A stretch of 64,000 nt of DNA from Neophaeotheca triangularis. Its lineage: Eukaryota. Positions 60,050 to 64,000 of the stretch are shown piece after piece. The first letter of the stretch is position 1, and each line of letters starts with the position of its first letter. The translations under genes and the position numbers were made by a program. The stretch covers positions 620,001-684,000 of the forward strand of contig BAAIJX010000006.1 of the NCBI GenBank assembly GCA_054600435.1, in the 5' to 3' direction. The notes below the pieces were generated by a model. It was given only the letters and a program-made list of their open reading frames with translations, was not told the DNA's origin and searched no databases.

Positions 60050-62020
60050 ATGTCTGGACCTTCATCTGGAGCTAAGATCCCAAGCAACAGTATACCTACA
60101 CCAACGAAGCCCTATATCATGGAAAACTCGATCGTGAGGAGGATCGATCTAGGTGGCTATGCCTGCGTCGAGACGAAACCTCCCCAGAAGCCCGCCGATT
60201 GGTACAAGCCAATGATCCACTTCGAGATCGACTCCCTCTGGCTCCTTGCCTCTAATCTGCTGACGCTGGCAACCTACCTTCGGTATACCTGGGCCGGTAT
60301 ATACTTGGCATATTGGACCGACAGCATCTGCATGCTTGTCTTGACTCTGGCCGAAGCTGCACTGTCCTTCGATCGATTCGGGGAGTGTATGGACCAAGTC
60401 ATTGGAAAGGTCTTCGGCTTCCAAGCAACCCGCCGTCCTCGATACCTTTTGTCTGACGACGAGGCTCCCCACGTCGATGTCGTTATCACTGTCTGTGGCG
60501 AGTCAGTAGACATCATCCGCGATACCATCGGCGCAGCTGCTTACCAAGAATACCCGTCCGAGTCACTCCATGTCTACGTTCTCAACGATGGAAAGGAAGA
60601 GAAAGCGGGAGCTCTGATGGCCGAGATCTTCAAGATCAACGAAGAGCTGCAGAGGGTCGGTAGGAACACCATCCAGTACCTGTCTCGACCGAAAGTCCCT
60701 GATCACGGCTACAAGTCCGGGAATCTTCAATTTGGCTTTCTGGAGACAGCCGCACGCACCAACTCGATTTACTTCGCTGCTCTGGATGCAGACATGGCCC
60801 CTGATCCGAACTGGTTGAGATTGGTCGTCCCCCACCTCCTCGAAGACAGCAAGATCGGCATGGTGTGCCCCGGTCAACGCGGGTACAACATCCCGGAATA
60901 CGACAACTTCGCCCAGGACACCGAGCTCTTCTACGATGTGGACGAGCCGATGCAGGAAAGAGTTGGAGCCGCCAATTGCCCGGGTTCAGGCTACGTGGCT
61001 GTCCGCGCCGCCCTCGACAGCATCGGCGGCTTCCCCAAGCTCAACGTCGGAGAAGACATCTTCTGTGCGTACAAGCTCAAGGGCAAGAACTGGGGCATTG
61101 CTTTCATCCCGGACAAAATCCAGAGTGGGCTCCAAGCCGAGTCGTTCCACCATTACATCAAGCAGCGGAAGCGATGGGCAGCCGGTACCATTGCCAATAA
61201 CGTCAACCTCGGATTCTTTCTGCCAGGGGCGAGCAAAGACACTGAGCATATGAGCCGTCTCGCAAGGTTTGGCGCAATTAGATTTTGTATCCGAGAGTAC
61301 ACGGTCCTTTCGATGTTCGGTGGCATGATTTTCTTGGCAGCAGCTCTGGCGTGGTTCCCTGCCTCTTTGAGCTCTGCGTTGGGAGCCGACACCGAGCTCT
61401 CTAACTGGTTCCGCAAGTCTTATCTGACCTGGTACGCGGTCGAAAAGGTCAATACCTATTTGCTCGTTGGGCGAGTCGGTTTGTTCAACGGCTCCAACGC
61501 CCGTAGAGCTCGTGTTTGGGGCGTACCCTACTTCGCCCAGTCGATTTTCATGACGACCATCTACGGCGACGCGTATACGGAGTTTGAACCAACGGGCATA
61601 ATCACATCCGAGGCGAACGAAAGGAGCTCTAAGGGGCGTGCGTCTCGGTGTGTTCGTGTGCTGGATACGAAGATCGTCTTACACCTGCTCGCCGGTCTGG
61701 CCATGGTTGGGGCCTTGGGATGGCGCTTCTGGGTTGCGGGCCGCGAGCGCTCATTGGTCTCGTTACTGGCGGTGGGTGCTCTGGTCAAGCTCTTCCAGAT
61801 CTCGCACCAGATATCGTATCCCTTCTTCTACATGTGGTCGCCTCCAGATGTGCCCGAACGCAAAGAGTTGCTGGTGGCTCGAAAGGGCAGCAGGACCTTT
61901 ATCCCCAAGCTCCAGGAGAGGCCTGTCGTGGACAACGGTCTAAGTTGGAAGGGTGGTATGGAGATCCTGATCATTGGCCTTTGTTGTAGTGATTTGCTGC
62001 TTGGGTTTGCCGGGTTGTAG
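60050..62020 (+). CDS. Processive GT2 cellulose-synthase-like glycosyltransferase (CelA-like)
   Basis: D,D,D,QxxRW set: LNDG, KSGNL, LDADM, GSG, GEDI, QRKRW. TM segments on both sides; intronless. Start is uncertain (ORF open from 59756). Confidence 0.85.
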   Translation: MSGPSSGAKIPSNSIPTPTKPYIMENSIVRRIDLGGYACVETKPPQKPADWYKPMIHFEIDSLWLLASNLLTLATYLRYTWAGIYLAYWTDSICMLVLTLAEAALSFDRFGECMDQVIGKVFGFQATRRPRYLLSDDEAPHVDVVITVCGESVDIIRDTIGAAAYQEYPSESLHVYVLNDGKEEKAGALMAEIFKINEELQRVGRNTIQYLSRPKVPDHGYKSGNLQFGFLETAARTNSIYFAALDADMAPDPNWLRLVVPHLLEDSKIGMVCPGQRGYNIPEYDNFAQDTELFYDVDEPMQERVGAANCPGSGYVAVRAALDSIGGFPKLNVGEDIFCAYKLKGKNWGIAFIPDKIQSGLQAESFHHYIKQRKRWAAGTIANNVNLGFFLPGASKDTEHMSRLARFGAIRFCIREYTVLSMFGGMIFLAAALAWFPASLSSALGADTELSNWFRKSYLTWYAVEKVNTYLLVGRVGLFNGSNARRARVWGVPYFAQSIFMTTIYGDAYTEFEPTGIITSEANERSSKGRASRCVRVLDTKIVLHLLAGLAMVGALGWRFWVAGRERSLVSLLAVGALVKLFQISHQISYPFFYMWSPPDVPERKELLVARKGSRTFIPKLQERPVVDNGLSWKGGMEILIIGLCCSDLLLGFAGL

Positions 62021-63722
62021 GCTTTGGACTTTGGGATTTTGGTGCTTGAGCTTTTCGTGTAGTCTGTGGGTTTCTTATGTTTTTCTATGTCCGATAGTGC
62101 TGACGATTCCACCCTAACTTTCAGATTATTCGCTTGTATAATTCATTAACAAGACTGAACACCTTCACTGTATGGTTGATATTTCGTTCACTTTGTGAAA
62201 TCGGTGTTTTGAGTTCCTAGTGGAAACGCCTCACTTCATAAACTTAAACCGGACATTATTGTCCATGTTCGCCGGGGACACACTACTAGTGCTCCTGGTT
62301 TCTAACTCCCTTGTAGGCTGTCAATTGACTCATACCTAGCTACATGCATGCACACCGGCGGGCCATTCATTCGACAAGAAGGCTTTGACACGCCATGATA
62401 CGTTTCATGTTCACTTGGCTGTTATCAACACGCCAAACTCTAACCCTATGGTATTGGCTAGAATACAGACAAGAGCTCGCTGAGACTCACACTGAGCAAG
62501 GATGACATTCAGAGTCTCTGGGAAAGTCTTGATGCTCAATCTTTCACGCATTTGTCGATCGTCTTTCATCGCCGCAAAGAGCCAGCCATTGCTGCAGTAC
62601 TCTGCTGAGCGTCAACGTCTCCCTTCGCAAGGCATCGATCGACGACCAGGCAGCAACAAAGAATGTACCAATGGAAGTCACACTTTGCTGTCTCGCATGA
62701 GGCCATGTCACTACTGGCGCGATTTGTGTATATTGACAATGGCAGAAGCATACTCGGCCGCTTAGCCTGGCGGGTGCAGTGGGTGAATCTTTAAAGGTAG
62801 GGGTTTCGTAGACAGCATTACGTCGCCATAGTACAGTGCACAACCATTGTCTGTGATGGCGAACCTATCATGGCGGAAGAAATTGATGTACGTATCTTGA
62901 CGAGGTGATGTTGCCGCCAAAGGTGGCTCCAGCGCGCGCTCCAGCTGAACACCCCGCCACGTCCGGTCAATATGACCCTGCGTAACGATATGAATCATTC
63001 ACAACCTACCTTTCCTGGAATGTTGCCTCATTGCCTCAGTTTACGTCAAACGTCAAGCGAGGTAGAGAACAGATAAGCGACGTTGGAAATTCTTTGGCTC
63101 ATCTGACGGGGACATGTGATTGGCAGGGCATTCCGCGGTAGTCAGGATTGATGATGACTTTCCATGCCCAGCAGCGCAGGGTTAAGGTAAGTTCCTATGT
63201 AGCAGTCAGCAGTCTGTCAGTACCTTAGTACCTTAGTACATACCTTAGTACCTCATGCTGAGCAGCGATAGTCGCCATGATTGCCTCACTGGGTCAGCTC
63301 GCCCTGGCAGTGTTGCGCCCGCGCCCTGGCCTGACTGACGAGACTGACCAACGAGGACGAGGTGCTGTTGCCATGATCCATCCCATCCATGCATCCATCT
63401 GTGGGTCCTGCGACACAGCCCGCCATCGCTGAGGCGCACCACCTGTGCTTGTCACTCCCATTCTCTTAAGTACTACCTGCTACTACTCTACCTTTCATGC
63501 CTACCTCTCCGGTGAGTGAGCCGTTTATGCTCTTTCCCCTTGTGAGAGCAGATACCTCTCGCGTTTGCCTTCTCTTCGCCCCACCGTGAAACGCACAGCC
63601 TTGCCTCGAGAGCAACATAAAAGACGAGGGGGTTTGCCCATCGCGATAGCCTACTGGAAACCATTTCTCGATTGCGAGCCTCCAGAGAAACGGAATATTC
63701 AAGACCACTTCGACCACAAACC

Positions 63723-64000
63723 ATGGCAAACTATAACCCAGCGGCTTATCAACCCACCGCGCCACAACCCATCCCTCAACGATCAAATAGGAGCTCAAGC
63801 GCCTCTCTGCGCTACGATCCAAACCTCGCCATGGGACCACAGCAAGCAGGCCAATCCCCCCAAGGACACCCAGCATACGGCTCCACGCCCCCGAACCATG
63901 GCGCAACACCGCCCTACGCCGACAACCACTACACGACGCGAGGCTCCTACAGCCAACCGCCGCCTCCCAGCGTCCCCGCAATCCCGGAGCAAGCGCAACC
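63723..64000 (+). CDS. 5' part of a Pro/Gln/Tyr-rich protein running off the window
   Basis: ATG in strong CAAACCATGG context; frame MANYNPAAYQPTAPQ... stays open to the end of the window. Confidence 0.55.
   Translation, partial: MANYNPAAYQPTAPQPIPQRSNRSSSASLRYDPNLAMGPQQAGQSPQGHPAYGSTPPNHGATPPYADNHYTTRGSYSQPPPPSVPAIPEQAQ

Noticed and set aside
62502..63450. Short ORFs downstream of the GT2 gene; similar ones lie at 21769-22229
   Set aside because: No recognisable motifs or consistent splice structure.
1..64000. Transposons, CRISPR arrays, rRNA genes
   Set aside because: No transposase/RT ORFs, LTRs/TIRs, repeat-spacer arrays or rRNA sequence recognised.

Overview
Gene-dense eukaryotic DNA from a filamentous ascomycete. 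Short GT-AG introns with CTRAC branch sites and the gene content suggest Pezizomycotina, possibly a Dothideomycete; that placement is inferred. It holds about 25 mostly housekeeping genes: acetyl-CoA transporter, MFS/DHA1 transporter, MRP2, an Arb2-domain protein, ketopantoate reductase, COQ4, SPC19, TMEM16/Ist2, ACC1, nudE, STRAP-like WD40, NUP82, CBC2, ADE13, a WHI3-like RRM protein, SNO1, an Sfp-type PPTase, SLC1, mS45 and a CelA-like GT2. There is also an intronic C/D snoRNA and an SDR pseudogene. The standout is at 7724-7950 (minus strand): a 72-nt tRNA-Pro(AGG) split into four exons by one ordinary anticodon-loop intron and two apparently spliceosomal introns (GTATGT..TACTGAC..CAG and GTAAGC..CTAAC..CAG). 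These two introns cut through the A box and the B box, which suggests tRNA biogenesis that depends on the spliceosome and perhaps on Pol II. Secondary candidates are a divergent UFL1-like protein, an in-frame alternative N-terminus inside the long CBC2 intron, a GC-AG intron, a possible ACG start codon and a possible structured ncRNA upstream of ACC1. All calls were made by eye; no searches were run.
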